Counted from the first letter of the stretch, positions 39,173 through 49,448 are shown. The stretch: 64,000 bases of DNA from Chthoniobacteraceae bacterium (GCA_037190965.1 JBBCKI010000028.1:32001-96000); one strand, 5' to 3'. Numbers and translations are program-made. The notes: generated by a model not told the origin, from the letters alone.

Positions 39173-39219
39173 CGTCAAAGCAGACGGATTGCATTATCGT
39201 TTCAATCGATTGCATTATC
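39173..39219 (-). promoter_or_regulatory. 21-bp-period direct-repeat operator plus -35-like element (copy 3)
   Basis: Minus strand GATAATGCAA-N11-GATAATGCAATCC-N7-TTGACG pointing at the isomerase/oxidoreductase pair (start 39097). Confidence 0.75.
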
Positions 39220-39242
39220 TTGCCATGCCCCTTTGGGGCCGG

Positions 39243-40727
39243 TCATTGAAGCGAGTTTGGAAGATCCACAACGTCATAAGCATAGATCTCCGCCAGAAAG
39301 AGGCGGAGGGATGCCAATAAATGATGTTCGGGATTTTCGCTGACCGGCAAGACGGAATTGTCATTCCACCGCACGGTAATTTCGAGACGATCGCCATCGA
39401 TCGGCAGGCAATCCTCGAAGGAGAAGCCCGGCGTCGCTTCGGCCGGCGGCGAGGTAAAGCCGGTGAGGGGAGTTTCGCAGAATGAGAGCTGTACTGCGGC
39501 GTAACCACCGGCACGAACCCTGATGTTCAAAACAAGCTTTTTGCGTCCTGTGACCATGCCGAGATCGAGAATCATCTGGGCCTCGCTCTCGGCGCGAAAG
39601 CCGCAGAAGCGATCTCTGGGCCACCGGGCCAGATGGATGGCACCCAGCCCCTCTTTTCGGACCGTTTCGAGGGAACGTTTGTTGACTTTCCGGTCATGAT
39701 CGAGCACCCATGAATGCCCCTGGGAGAATACCGAGACGTAAAGCCAATGTTCGTTGCCCACCACAATAGGGCTTGAAGAGGTATAAAAGAAAGCCCCCTG
39801 GACTGGGCCGCCGGGCGGTTCGAGGAAGCTGGCTCGCCCGCTGTTAACGATCCAGCGGTCATCCGGGGTTTCCTGATAGGCTAGAATGACGCTGCCGGGC
39901 CCGAAGTTGCTGCTGCCGTTGTTGGAATACCCCATGGGGCTCCAGAATGCCCAAACGAGGCCGACGGTTCCGGTCTTTCCCGCGGGCATCATTGCCATTC
40001 CATAGTAGTCCGCACTTAATCCATGGCGCGATCTTGCCGCGAAGTCATCCGCTTCGTCCGCCATGAGCGCCAGGCGGGACGTTCCCCACCCGTCGGGGGA
40101 GAACTCGGCGGTGAAAATGCTTCTGCGGAGAACTCCCCCGGAGTACCGGAGGTGCTTGAAGGCCGCCAAGCCTTTCTGCGTCCTGCCGTCGTAGACGCTA
40201 GTGATGACGTCCAGGCCCGGAAAATTGGGAGAGGTTCTGTCGATACTCCAGGCGAGGCCATCCGGGGAGGTTGCGATATAGTAGCGATTGCGCTCCAGAT
40301 CAGGGTGAATCCCTTGAGCCCTTTTGCAGCAGCCGGTGGCGACATAGCGCCGGGCAGGGGGTTCATCGGGGAAGACCGTGATGGAGGGTGAATGAAGCGA
40401 GAGATTTGTCAGATTACCGGGGAGGACCTGCCCGCTCTGTTTCATTTTGATTTCGGGCTTCACCCAGTCGATCCCATTGTCGGACTCGGCATATGCGACA
40501 TAGGCGATATCGCTCGAAAAGTCATGTGCCGCAGTCGCGGCTTGGTACCAAAGTCGGAATCGATTTCCTTCTTTGATCACGGTGCCGTAAGTGACAGCGC
40601 CGAGTGCATCCGTTGCCGTATCGCCTTGGAGAACCGGGTGCGGCGAGACTTCGCCCTGGCACTGGAAGAAGGTTAGCCTTCCCACTTTTCCGATGATCTC
40701 CCGGCGGGTTTCAAATAGCAGCTCCAT
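39243..40727 (-). CDS. hypothetical five-bladed beta-propeller glycosidase-like protein (GH32/43-like)
   Basis: YGTVIKEGNRFRLWY, YAESDNGIDWVKP (Asp-box-like), ATSPDGLAW, C-terminal RDRFCG...LVLN beta-sandwich. Confidence 0.65.
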   Translation of the reverse strand: MELLFETRREIIGKVGRLTFFQCQGEVSPHPVLQGDTATDALGAVTYGTVIKEGNRFRLWYQAATAAHDFSSDIAYVAYAESDNGIDWVKPEIKMKQSGQVLPGNLTNLSLHSPSITVFPDEPPARRYVATGCCKRAQGIHPDLERNRYYIATSPDGLAWSIDRTSPNFPGLDVITSVYDGRTQKGLAAFKHLRYSGGVLRRSIFTAEFSPDGWGTSRLALMADEADDFAARSRHGLSADYYGMAMMPAGKTGTVGLVWAFWSPMGYSNNGSSNFGPGSVILAYQETPDDRWIVNSGRASFLEPPGGPVQGAFFYTSSSPIVVGNEHWLYVSVFSQGHSWVLDHDRKVNKRSLETVRKEGLGAIHLARWPRDRFCGFRAESEAQMILDLGMVTGRKKLVLNIRVRAGGYAAVQLSFCETPLTGFTSPPAEATPGFSFEDCLPIDGDRLEITVRWNDNSVLPVSENPEHHLLASLRLFLAEIYAYDVVDLPNSLQ

Positions 40728-40738
40728 GACAGATTCCC

Positions 40739-41437
40739 TTACGGGTTGGCAATCAAATGGGACGAGAGTTCAGGAATGGCAACGCGAATTTCCTCTGCTA
40801 CGAATCCCGCCATGATCCGGGCTCCCTTTTCTGAGAAGTGGCTGCGATCATCGGGTGCCATGAGGTCTTCACTGCCGTCTTCACCCAGCTTTTCGAATAA
40901 CGCCTTGGCACGGGCATTCAGGTCAAGCACCGGCACGGAATCTTCGGCACCGATGCGTTTCATCGCCGCCGCATACGGTTCCAACTCCCGGGTTAGCTGC
41001 CCATCGGCTTGATACCGCCGCCGTGGTGGTGGAGTTACCAGTACGGGTTTGGCGCCCGATTCGCGCGCGGCGGCGATGAAAATTCGTAAATTTTCGGGGA
41101 ATTCTTTGTTCGGATCTGTCTTTCGGTGCTCCCCTTGATTGGCGTCGTTATGACCAAACTGAATCAACCAGTAGTTTGCCTTTGTCTCTTTGACGACGGG
41201 CCATAGCTCGGTGGTTTGATAAGACTTGGAGCTTTTCCCCAAGATGCCCATGTTGAGGATTTTAACGCTTCCGTCGAAATGTAAGTCGAGGAATTGACCC
41301 CATCCCCGCTTCGGATTGGTATCGGCGTACCGTTTGATGGTTGAATCTCCAAGCAGTTGGATGATCACTTCATCGGCACGGCTGATCGAGCTGAAGAAGC
41401 TGACTGCGGCAGCAAGCAAGGCTAACGTTTTGTTCAT
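40739..41437 (-). CDS. rhamnogalacturonan acetylesterase-like SGNH esterase
   Basis: Signal peptide; LLGDST, GWGQFL, LIQFGHND, PVLVTP, DRSHFSEKGA. Confidence 0.88.
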   Translation of the reverse strand: MNKTLALLAAAVSFFSSISRADEVIIQLLGDSTIKRYADTNPKRGWGQFLDLHFDGSVKILNMGILGKSSKSYQTTELWPVVKETKANYWLIQFGHNDANQGEHRKTDPNKEFPENLRIFIAAARESGAKPVLVTPPPRRRYQADGQLTRELEPYAAAMKRIGAEDSVPVLDLNARAKALFEKLGEDGSEDLMAPDDRSHFSEKGARIMAGFVAEEIRVAIPELSSHLIANP

Positions 41438-42438
41438 GAGTTTCGAAGGGGGTGAGGAGTCCGGATGACCGCGATCTTTTGCCCCGAGAAGGCGACCTGG
41501 TGTTCGCGGTGGTCTTCGCCCCAGATCGGAGGGCCGTTGAAAAAGAGAAGCCCGGAGATCTCTGCACGGGCCTCCCAAAGGGGCTCGAAGGTATCGAGGC
41601 TGATGATCTGGCCCAGCAAATCGCCCGGCTTGACGCTATCACCGCAACGCCGCTCAGGAATCCAGAGGCCGCTTGCCCCGAGATGAATCACTTGCTCGGC
41701 CGCCCCTTCATCCAACTCGACTTGTGCTCCCGAGAGATCGGCCTCCTCGTCAAGATTCCCTGTGGCAATGAGGAAGTTACGGAGCGTTCTTTTTCCCAGT
41801 GCCAGCGACTCGGCGCGGATCACATTCTGACCCGTAAGCTCGATAACGACCACGGGCTTTTGAGTCGACCATGCGCGCTCCCTGAGGGTCCCAAGCGAGG
41901 CGCCTCCTCCGTCGGTTCGCCGCGTGATGAATGGGAAGCCGGTGGCGCGGAGGATCGCTTCATCCCGACGATGCGCCCAAGCCATGGGGCAAAACCAGTC
42001 AGACCAGCAATGAAGATCGAGCAGGAAGTCGCAATGAGAAAGCACGCCATCCCAGAGTTGACGGGTGGTGGCGGCCAGAATGGGGTCGAGGGATTCCGTA
42101 GCCCCCCAGAGGCGGTCGAGATTTCCTTCGAGGCTCACTCCGAGCTTCCGATAGCGGCTTGCCTCGGTCGGGAAGTCTTGTTGCAGAATCTTGAGCGCGA
42201 GGGGATTCAAGGCGGGAAAGATCTCCACGCGACCAAGCACGGAATGGGGATCAAGCGTTTCAAACATGGCTGCTGCTGCCGCCATCCCGACTACTTCCCG
42301 CCCATGTTGCCCCGCAACGATGGCCGTTACAGGGCCGTGCTCGCGGCCCACGACGGTAAGGCGCGGCAAGCGCAGGAGCGCGACAGCTCCTTCGGATGAC
42401 ACTTCAAACGCGGTTCGATGTTTCTCGGGTCGATTCAT
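41434..42438 (-). CDS. succinylglutamate desuccinylase/aspartoacylase-family (M14-like) deacylase
   Basis: AGQHGREVVG, NLDR, LDLHCW, VIELTG, C-terminal barrel-sandwich (GDSVKPGDLLG). Confidence 0.82.
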   Translation of the reverse strand: MNRPEKHRTAFEVSSEGAVALLRLPRLTVVGREHGPVTAIVAGQHGREVVGMAAAAAMFETLDPHSVLGRVEIFPALNPLALKILQQDFPTEASRYRKLGVSLEGNLDRLWGATESLDPILAATTRQLWDGVLSHCDFLLDLHCWSDWFCPMAWAHRRDEAILRATGFPFITRRTDGGGASLGTLRERAWSTQKPVVVIELTGQNVIRAESLALGKRTLRNFLIATGNLDEEADLSGAQVELDEGAAEQVIHLGASGLWIPERRCGDSVKPGDLLGQIISLDTFEPLWEARAEISGLLFFNGPPIWGEDHREHQVAFSGQKIAVIRTPHPLRNS

Positions 42439-42457
42439 TTTATGAACAAAGAAGGAA

Positions 42458-45400
42458 CTATGGATCTTTCTTTTCGAGAGGGAGGAAGAGAAGGGTTTTC
42501 TCGTCGTTCCGGGTGAGCATTTCAACGGAAGGCGGTGTAAAATCCTCCTTATACCTTTGGCAGCCGGAGATCCGGAGGTGAGCGATCTCTCCATCCAGAT
42601 CCGCTCCTGCCAAGAATTCGATCGGTGCGGCCGCCGGTTGGCTTCCCTGCCTCGGCCAGGAAACCGATTTGCCCCCAACGCCGTTGATGAAAATGGCCGC
42701 GTCCAGGGAGGGCTTTTCGCGGTTCTTGGTATAGCCGAAGTTTCGCTGCCCCCATACCAACGCAACGTGAACCCATTCGCCTTTGTTGAAGAGGGTGCGG
42801 CGGATCCGGTACGCATCGCGTTGCGACGCGCCAGCTGCCTCGATCGTCATTTCCAGAACATGCGACTTCGACCACGGGTTTCCAGGCCAGCCTGCCCGCT
42901 TGGAGTCAACCACGTAGAGAAGCGACCACGGCTTTCCATGGTCGGTTCTGAGCATCAATAGACGTTTCCGCGTTCCATCCTGAAGTTCAAAAGAGTCCCA
43001 CGCGGGTTTTAAATAGAATTCGATGGTTCCCTCCTCACGCGGTAGCGTCTTCGGATCAGACGTGATGAGAAGCGGGTGGCCCGGCCCTACTACCGTTCCC
43101 TTCAGTTCAAGAGACGGAAGCGACGATTTGGCGGCGGGAATCTTTCCAAGATCCGGACGGAAATAGCTATCCGGTCTATCGAATGCAAAGAGCGGGGGGA
43201 TATTGGTTGCCTTTACCGCACCCGATTCCACGGGAACAAAGTGCCACAGCCCGGGGAGATCCGGTGGCAAGGAGAGGGGACCTTGCACCGGTTTCCCGCC
43301 ATTCCAGGGAGCGCCGTCGGGAGCATAGACTCGTGTCTTTCGCTCGAAGGAAATCGTGGCCCCGGTCGCGTCTTTTGGAACTTCAAAGAATATCTTCACC
43401 GGGGGATTCAGTTTTTCCGGATTTGGCTTCCACCATCCATCCGCATAAAGGACGAATCCACCCTTTTGATTGAGGAATGCCTGTTGCAATCCGGTCGGCG
43501 GGGCGGAAACGAACAGATCCACGGGGTCCAGCTCGGGAGGGGCCGAAAGCCGGATCCCATTGCCGGATTCGACGTTCATTGAAAGCGTTGAGAGGCCGAT
43601 CTTCGAAACATCGTTCAAGGCAATCACTTCCGGTAGTTCCTTTAACCCTGCGTGTTCAAACTGAAGTGAAGCGTTGAACCCCTGAGCCTGTTTGCGAAGA
43701 ATGACGCCGGAACGTCCGCTCAATGGCTCGAATCCTACCCAACTCGTAAAGCTCGCCGAATCGATCGCGTTCGTTTTGGAACGGGCGATGACATCCAGCG
43801 CATAGGGAATTCCCTGAAATCGAAACTCGGCTGAGGCGCTATTGCTTTCGAACGGGGAAACGATCTCCTGGCGTACCGCCAGCAGGAGGCGTTGCGCAAT
43901 TGTTTCGTCCCGGGAATTTTTCCAGAGAAAGTTCCCGGATCTGCCACGCTCGAACCTTGGACCGGGATTGATCGCCTGCCACCAGAAGCGGGCAAGACTG
44001 GTGGCGATATTCCAATAGCGTTTTGTACCGTGAAGATCCCATCCTTCGATCAAGGCGGAGAGGTCTTCCTGAGTCTTGTACGTGCTGCTGTCGTAAGCGC
44101 GCCCTTCGGATTTCAGGAAAACGGGACTTTGATCGCTGTAGACGCTGTTCAGGATTTCCTCCTGCATGGTCCTGAGTTCCTGGTCCCAGGTCAGAGAATA
44201 GGCCTGATTGACAGCCCGCAATACCGCGAGGATGCGCCAGTCGGTCTTTTCATTCTTCCACCAACGTTTGACGCCTTCCGCGTAGGCGAGTACCCCTTCT
44301 CTCGTGCGCGGGTTTCCGGTGAGATAGTAGTCGAACAGGAATTGATCGAGGTTGGTATGCGTGCCGAGTCCCGGCCTTGTAGGTCCGTTCCAATAATAGG
44401 GCAGGCCTGCGTACGGATCGTTTGTTCCAAAGCCGTGAATATACAGCCCAGAAATTCTATCCGGTCCGTCCCAGTTTGCAAGATAGCTATCGAGATAGAC
44501 CCGGTTACTCCAACTGGCCAGGTCGCGGAACTTCCGTTCCCCTGAACGGAGGTATAGAAGCCAGAAAGCATTTCGCAAGGTATAGCTTGCCCGATACCTT
44601 CCCTGGCTTTGTGGAAGCTCGCGCGTATGGTGCGGGCCGGCGTGGAAATCGACAAATCCGTACTCGCCTGCGGCTTCCTGGCCGGAGGCCCAGTAGTCGA
44701 ATGAGCCATCGATAAACGATTCGACTTCGGGAAATTGTTTCCGATCTTGCGGATAGAGCGGCCCGGCCACTTCGGTGCGGTAGACCCATTGGGGATCGGG
44801 GGCGGCATAGACTGGTGTTGCGAAAGAGGCTCCTGCTGCCGCGAGCGTTGCCGGGAGGGTGTTTTGAGGGAATGGAGAAATCAGTAGATAGTGCGTCTTG
44901 GACCATCCGACGGCATTGGTTGGAAGTCGGCTGGTATTCTCCGCTGTCTGAGCCGCGATCCGGTTACCGGTATTCCATTTTTTGACGAGAGCCGGGGATC
45001 TGAAGTCGAGTTCTTCTCCGCCGGTGGAACAAAAAAGATCGACTGCTACCTGATGGGGAGAGATTCGGAATGCCGAGGGATGTTGGCGCGCCGATTCGCG
45101 GCAGGCGATGAGAAGCCCCCGGGAGCCAAAGGCGGCCGCCCAGTCACCCATTTCGCCCGGAAAGGCTTTCGCGGGGCTGTTCGGCTCGGTGATTTCGAAA
45201 CGATCCGCGCCTCCGCCATAGCGGCGATGTTCGGTTTGGATCATCATCGCTTCGCCATCCGTTATCGACCGTTCGGCTATTTTTCCAGGCTCGTCGCGAC
45301 TGATGGAAAAAATTCCTTGCGATGCCTTCCAATCGCCCGTGGGAAACTCCCAGCCAATCTGCTTGAACCAGACCTTGTTGGTATCCTGGGTCAAGACGAG

Positions 45401-46480
45401 ATGATGGGTTATCCGGCATTCGGGACGGCTGACGGCGAACTGTAGCCATGTCGAGAATCGCGCGAGTTCCGACCCGTCTTCGGAACGATAGATCCCTTCC
45501 GCTTTGATGCAGGCGGTCAAGCTGCCGGAGGACTCGACGGTGAGGGTCGTGTCCTTTCCCGCGACGCGCCCAAGACGTCCTTGTTGGTCAATGACAAATA
45601 GACCCCTGGAGGCATTGCCGCCTCCCGCGACGGCGGTCCCTCCGGCATCGATCCGATCGATGATGCCCCCCCGGGGAACGAGGCTGTACCTGGCCGCTCC
45701 TGTATCGACCTCGATCAAGCCATGGCTTTGGCGCACCTGGATCTTCGGAAGTCGAACGCTGGATTCCCCGATCTTCACCTGGAGGCGGGATTGGTTCGGA
45801 ACCAGCGCATCGACTAGCAGCCATTTTTGAGAACCGCCTCTCGCCCATTGGGCGGAGGGCTTGAATTCCGAGGGGATTGTCGCTCCCTTTTCATCGGTCA
45901 AAATGAAGCGGTCGGATGTCCACACCGCGCCGCGAGGCATCGGAACGCCGAATGTGACCCAGGCGGCCTTCTCATCCGGGTGACTCTTCGGCCAGTCAAT
46001 CATGACTGCCGGAGCCGGATACTGATCGAAGGGAGTTTCCTGTGCGACGGAGAAGGATTCCGCGGCAACGGCAATACTCTTCCCGCCGCGCAACAGAGAG
46101 ACTTGCAGAATGCCTTCCGTGCTTCCAACAGCGCGGGCGTCGAAGTCAAAGCAGGCACGCTGTTGAGTGATCGGCCTTCTGCTCAGCGATACCGGAGCGG
46201 TCTGCCCGGGTTTGAGAACCCGCACGTCCCACTCCAATCCCGCGAGTTGCTCGCTGGGGGAGAGTTCTACAATTGCTTCTAGATAGCGTTCCCCGGGTCG
46301 CAGATTGGTCTTCGGCAGACTAAGACGAAAGGCTCCCGCGTCATGAATAGGGGCGAGCGCCGAATCGAGCGGTAAGGCGGCAGCCAGCCGGTCGGCTCCC
46401 CAGGAAACATTCCGCGTTTGAGCCTGTGCAACGAGCCCGAAGGCAAGCGCAAGGCCAAGGGTGCAGACGGAAAGCTTCAT
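42458..46480 (-). CDS. large secreted protein, rhamnogalacturonan-lyase (PL26/YetA)-like with C-terminal LamG-like domain
   Basis: Signal peptide; WVTFGVPMPRGAV...WARGGSQKWLLVD; EYGFVDF; C-terminal EGTIEFY...GEWVHVALVW...DGEIAHLRIS..RY..DFTPP. Confidence 0.6.
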   Translation of the reverse strand: MKLSVCTLGLALAFGLVAQAQTRNVSWGADRLAAALPLDSALAPIHDAGAFRLSLPKTNLRPGERYLEAIVELSPSEQLAGLEWDVRVLKPGQTAPVSLSRRPITQQRACFDFDARAVGSTEGILQVSLLRGGKSIAVAAESFSVAQETPFDQYPAPAVMIDWPKSHPDEKAAWVTFGVPMPRGAVWTSDRFILTDEKGATIPSEFKPSAQWARGGSQKWLLVDALVPNQSRLQVKIGESSVRLPKIQVRQSHGLIEVDTGAARYSLVPRGGIIDRIDAGGTAVAGGGNASRGLFVIDQQGRLGRVAGKDTTLTVESSGSLTACIKAEGIYRSEDGSELARFSTWLQFAVSRPECRITHHLVLTQDTNKVWFKQIGWEFPTGDWKASQGIFSISRDEPGKIAERSITDGEAMMIQTEHRRYGGGADRFEITEPNSPAKAFPGEMGDWAAAFGSRGLLIACRESARQHPSAFRISPHQVAVDLFCSTGGEELDFRSPALVKKWNTGNRIAAQTAENTSRLPTNAVGWSKTHYLLISPFPQNTLPATLAAAGASFATPVYAAPDPQWVYRTEVAGPLYPQDRKQFPEVESFIDGSFDYWASGQEAAGEYGFVDFHAGPHHTRELPQSQGRYRASYTLRNAFWLLYLRSGERKFRDLASWSNRVYLDSYLANWDGPDRISGLYIHGFGTNDPYAGLPYYWNGPTRPGLGTHTNLDQFLFDYYLTGNPRTREGVLAYAEGVKRWWKNEKTDWRILAVLRAVNQAYSLTWDQELRTMQEEILNSVYSDQSPVFLKSEGRAYDSSTYKTQEDLSALIEGWDLHGTKRYWNIATSLARFWWQAINPGPRFERGRSGNFLWKNSRDETIAQRLLLAVRQEIVSPFESNSASAEFRFQGIPYALDVIARSKTNAIDSASFTSWVGFEPLSGRSGVILRKQAQGFNASLQFEHAGLKELPEVIALNDVSKIGLSTLSMNVESGNGIRLSAPPELDPVDLFVSAPPTGLQQAFLNQKGGFVLYADGWWKPNPEKLNPPVKIFFEVPKDATGATISFERKTRVYAPDGAPWNGGKPVQGPLSLPPDLPGLWHFVPVESGAVKATNIPPLFAFDRPDSYFRPDLGKIPAAKSSLPSLELKGTVVGPGHPLLITSDPKTLPREEGTIEFYLKPAWDSFELQDGTRKRLLMLRTDHGKPWSLLYVVDSKRAGWPGNPWSKSHVLEMTIEAAGASQRDAYRIRRTLFNKGEWVHVALVWGQRNFGYTKNREKPSLDAAIFINGVGGKSVSWPRQGSQPAAAPIEFLAGADLDGEIAHLRISGCQRYKEDFTPPSVEMLTRNDEKTLLFLPLEKKDP

Positions 46481-47515
46481 TTAGACGGAATTTGCATGAG
46501 CCATCTCAATGACCCGCATGACTGAGAGCGCATGCGTCGCCGTGATGGGAGGAGCCTCTCCCCGGCTCAGTGCGCCATGAAGATCTGTATAATAGGCGAC
46601 GGGGAGAGAGCGATTCTGCTCATCCGGCGTGGCCATCCAACTTTCCTCACGCCAGTCGATCGTTTCCTTGTCGTAGGCGCGCTCGGGCGAGGGCGTCTCC
46701 ACAACGGTTCTTTCCGGCAGCGAGGCGGGGTCGAAATAACGCCACCGCAGTTGGGCGTCTCCTCCCGTCAGTCCTCCGGCAGTGCCGCAGATCTTCCACC
46801 GCTCGCCCCCAATCGCATCCGCGCTGGATAGTTCAAGATCGACCAGTGGATAGCCCGGCAGGTGCAAAAGCAATTTTGTATGATCGTCCGCATCTCCAAG
46901 AGTGATGGCGGTTTCAAGCCGGGCGATGACATTGGGCTCCTCCGCACCCATGAGGCAGAGCGCGTGATCGAGCACGTGCGGACCAGTGTTTGCAAGATTG
47001 CCCCCGCCAAACTTTTTAAGAGTTTGCCAGTCCCATCTCCGTCCGAAACCGTTGCGATAGATCTTGATCAAAAGAATTCGTCCGAGCTTCCCGGACTGGA
47101 GAACCTCGCGCACTTTCTGGAAATCGGATGCGTAGTGCAGATTGTGAAAAACGGTGAGGTGACGTTGGGCCGTCCGGGCTGCTGCCGCCATCTCCTGCGC
47201 ATCACAGTAGCTCATGGCCATCGGCTTTTCGCAGACGACGTGCTTTCCCGCCTGTAAGGCGGCGAGGCACTGTTCCCGGTGGAAGGTCTGGGGCGTGGCG
47301 ATGACTACCCAATCCGCGTCGCAATGCTTTAGCATTTCTTCAAAGCTCTCATAGCTTGAGCAGCCGACGGCCTGCTCCGCTTCCTTGCGGCGTAATTCCA
47401 TCGCGTCACAAACACCGCGGATCTCATACCGATCCTCGAGCTTACTTAAACTCATGAAGTGGTTTCTCCAACCTGTTCTTCCCAAACCTGCGATGGCGAT
47501 CTTGATGCGCTGCAT
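46481..47515 (-). CDS. Gfo/Idh/MocA-family oxidoreductase
   Basis: IAIAGLGRTG, VVIATP, HVVCEKPMA, DWQTLKKFGGGNLANTGPHVLD. Confidence 0.9.
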   Translation of the reverse strand: MQRIKIAIAGLGRTGWRNHFMSLSKLEDRYEIRGVCDAMELRRKEAEQAVGCSSYESFEEMLKHCDADWVVIATPQTFHREQCLAALQAGKHVVCEKPMAMSYCDAQEMAAAARTAQRHLTVFHNLHYASDFQKVREVLQSGKLGRILLIKIYRNGFGRRWDWQTLKKFGGGNLANTGPHVLDHALCLMGAEEPNVIARLETAITLGDADDHTKLLLHLPGYPLVDLELSSADAIGGERWKICGTAGGLTGGDAQLRWRYFDPASLPERTVVETPSPERAYDKETIDWREESWMATPDEQNRSLPVAYYTDLHGALSRGEAPPITATHALSVMRVIEMAHANSV

Positions 47516-47522
47516 AGATTGA

Positions 47523-48248
47523 CTAATTCGGACTAAGAGGGCCTGTATTGTAGAAGCGAACTCCGCCGGGCCTAAGGTCGGTGGTGCTCACGGGTTTCCG
47601 CGGGGATGCGCTGCCGTCGACAAAGAGCACGTTCGCGCTCCCATTGTGACGCTCATACACCACCCGCTTTAAGGTGTTATCTTCCTTAATGTAGATCGTG
47701 TTTCCGGCCGACTGAAAGAGGAGCTGGTTCTTGTCCGGTTGATCGCCCAGAATCTTGTTGTCCGCAGCCATCAGGATTGTGCTTGCCTGCTCCAGGCCTG
47801 ACGCTCTTTTGGAATACGGCGCGGAATCCGTTAGCCGGGCATTCCATGCGTAGCTCAGTTGCCTACCCTTCGGGCCGGCGGTATTCGGCGTGGAGGCGGG
47901 ACAAAAGAAGACGGTGCGGATGTCGCTGTTCGAGCTTAAAAGATCAATTCCGAGATAGGGTATAATCTGGGCATCCCATTGTTCTCCTGCATGATGGTTT
48001 ATCGGCTCGGAGTCGCTGGCCGGGGTGGACTTGATGCCGGGCAGGTTGCCGTTGTGGTCCCCTGCGTAGGTATGGGCGGCCGCGCTGATGGATCGCAGAT
48101 TCGCGAGACATGCGGCAGCCTTTGATAGTTGCGTTCCTCTTTGGATCACTGGAGCGGCCAGCAAATAGATTAGCACAAGGATCGCCATTACAACCGACAA
48201 CTCCGTGACAGTGAATCCTGCGCTGAGTCGTTGGGGCGGCAGTTTCAT
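47523..48248 (-). CDS. prepilin-type N-terminal cleavage/methylation protein with H-X9-DG domain
   Basis: AGFTVTELSVVMAILVLI, ACLANLRSI, FFCPA, SYAWN, RHNGSANVLFVDG. Confidence 0.9.
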   Translation of the reverse strand: MKLPPQRLSAGFTVTELSVVMAILVLIYLLAAPVIQRGTQLSKAAACLANLRSISAAAHTYAGDHNGNLPGIKSTPASDSEPINHHAGEQWDAQIIPYLGIDLLSSNSDIRTVFFCPASTPNTAGPKGRQLSYAWNARLTDSAPYSKRASGLEQASTILMAADNKILGDQPDKNQLLFQSAGNTIYIKEDNTLKRVVYERHNGSANVLFVDGSASPRKPVSTTDLRPGGVRFYNTGPLSPN

Positions 48249-48278
48249 TGGTTAAGGGGGGCGGCAGGCTGAGCGCTC

Positions 48279-49448
48279 CTAGAGAGGCAGGATCTTGTTC
48301 TCCTGTTCCAGGGTGGTTGCCCCTCCAACGAATGAGCATGGAACAAACTTTCCTGGGACTTCGAACAAGCCGGGAGTGGTGGCCAATTGGCACGCCATGT
48401 CAAAGAGCGCGGTTCCGATCTCTTCCGTCGGCTGCTGGGTACGGGTGAGATCGCGGTAGGGCCCCGTCAACTGGGCGGCTCCCGAACCGCCGACGATGCT
48501 GACGTCGCGGGGAGTCTCGACTCCCTGTTCTGCGAAATATTGACAGAAGCCGAGGGCTAGTTCGTCACCGACGACATAGACCGCATCAGGGATGGAGTTG
48601 GCAGAACCCAATACCTTGCCGGCCAGATCATAACCTGCTTCGCGCGTCGGCTCGTCGCCGGACACGATTCGAAGGCTGACTCCATTGCCAATATGGTTTC
48701 CGAGCCCAGCCACCAGGCCGGAACACCGGAGGGCCGCCGATGCGTTCATCTGCTCTCCTGAGTTATGGATGAATAAAATGCGTTTGCGCCCAGTTGCCGC
48801 CCATGCGAGCCCAAGGCGATGGCTGATACCGTAAAAGTCTGACGATACAAAATTGGAGGAGGCCATCGTGAATCCCGGGTTCAAATGGACGACGGGATAG
48901 GATAGCCTCTTTTCCTGACGGGCCAGCACCATTCCCTCCAGGACAGGGTGTAGAATCATCCCATCCACTTTTCCATCCTGTTCTTTAAGCGCTGCAAAGA
49001 TTTGCTCGTTGGACTGGCTTTGAATGGCAACCGGGCAGATCGAGACGGGAGTGCTTCTTAGTGAAGCTGCCCGCACAATGGCTCCGGAAATGGCGGAACT
49101 CCAGCTCCCCTGGTGATCGCCCGTGGAGGAAATCCCAAAGGATAAGCCGATGCGGAGATTTTCTTTGCGCGCCGTCGGAAATTCGGCGGCAAGGAAGCTG
49201 CCGTTGCCGATCTCCGTGCGGATAAATCCTTCCGCCGCCAATTGCCGGAAGACGTTTTGAACCGTGGTGACGCTGACATCCAGGCGCTGGGCGATGGCGC
49301 GACTGGTGGGGAGCCGGCCGCCGACCTTCATTCCCGAGGTTCGGAGATGATCTTCCAGAAAAGCGGTCACCCGTTCGCGAGCACGGGTGTTCCCTCCTGT
49401 AATCGAAGTGGTGTCAAGAGTTGAGAGGGTGGTGGATCGGCTCGCCAT
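48279..49448 (-). CDS. GntR-family regulator with LacI-type sugar-binding C-terminal domain
   Basis: GGRLPTSRAIAQRLDVSVTTVQNVFRQLAAEGFIRTEIGNGSF; PDAVYVVGDELALG...GVETPRDVSIVG. Confidence 0.88.
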   Translation of the reverse strand: MASRSTTLSTLDTTSITGGNTRARERVTAFLEDHLRTSGMKVGGRLPTSRAIAQRLDVSVTTVQNVFRQLAAEGFIRTEIGNGSFLAAEFPTARKENLRIGLSFGISSTGDHQGSWSSAISGAIVRAASLRSTPVSICPVAIQSQSNEQIFAALKEQDGKVDGMILHPVLEGMVLARQEKRLSYPVVHLNPGFTMASSNFVSSDFYGISHRLGLAWAATGRKRILFIHNSGEQMNASAALRCSGLVAGLGNHIGNGVSLRIVSGDEPTREAGYDLAGKVLGSANSIPDAVYVVGDELALGFCQYFAEQGVETPRDVSIVGGSGAAQLTGPYRDLTRTQQPTEEIGTALFDMACQLATTPGLFEVPGKFVPCSFVGGATTLEQENKILPL

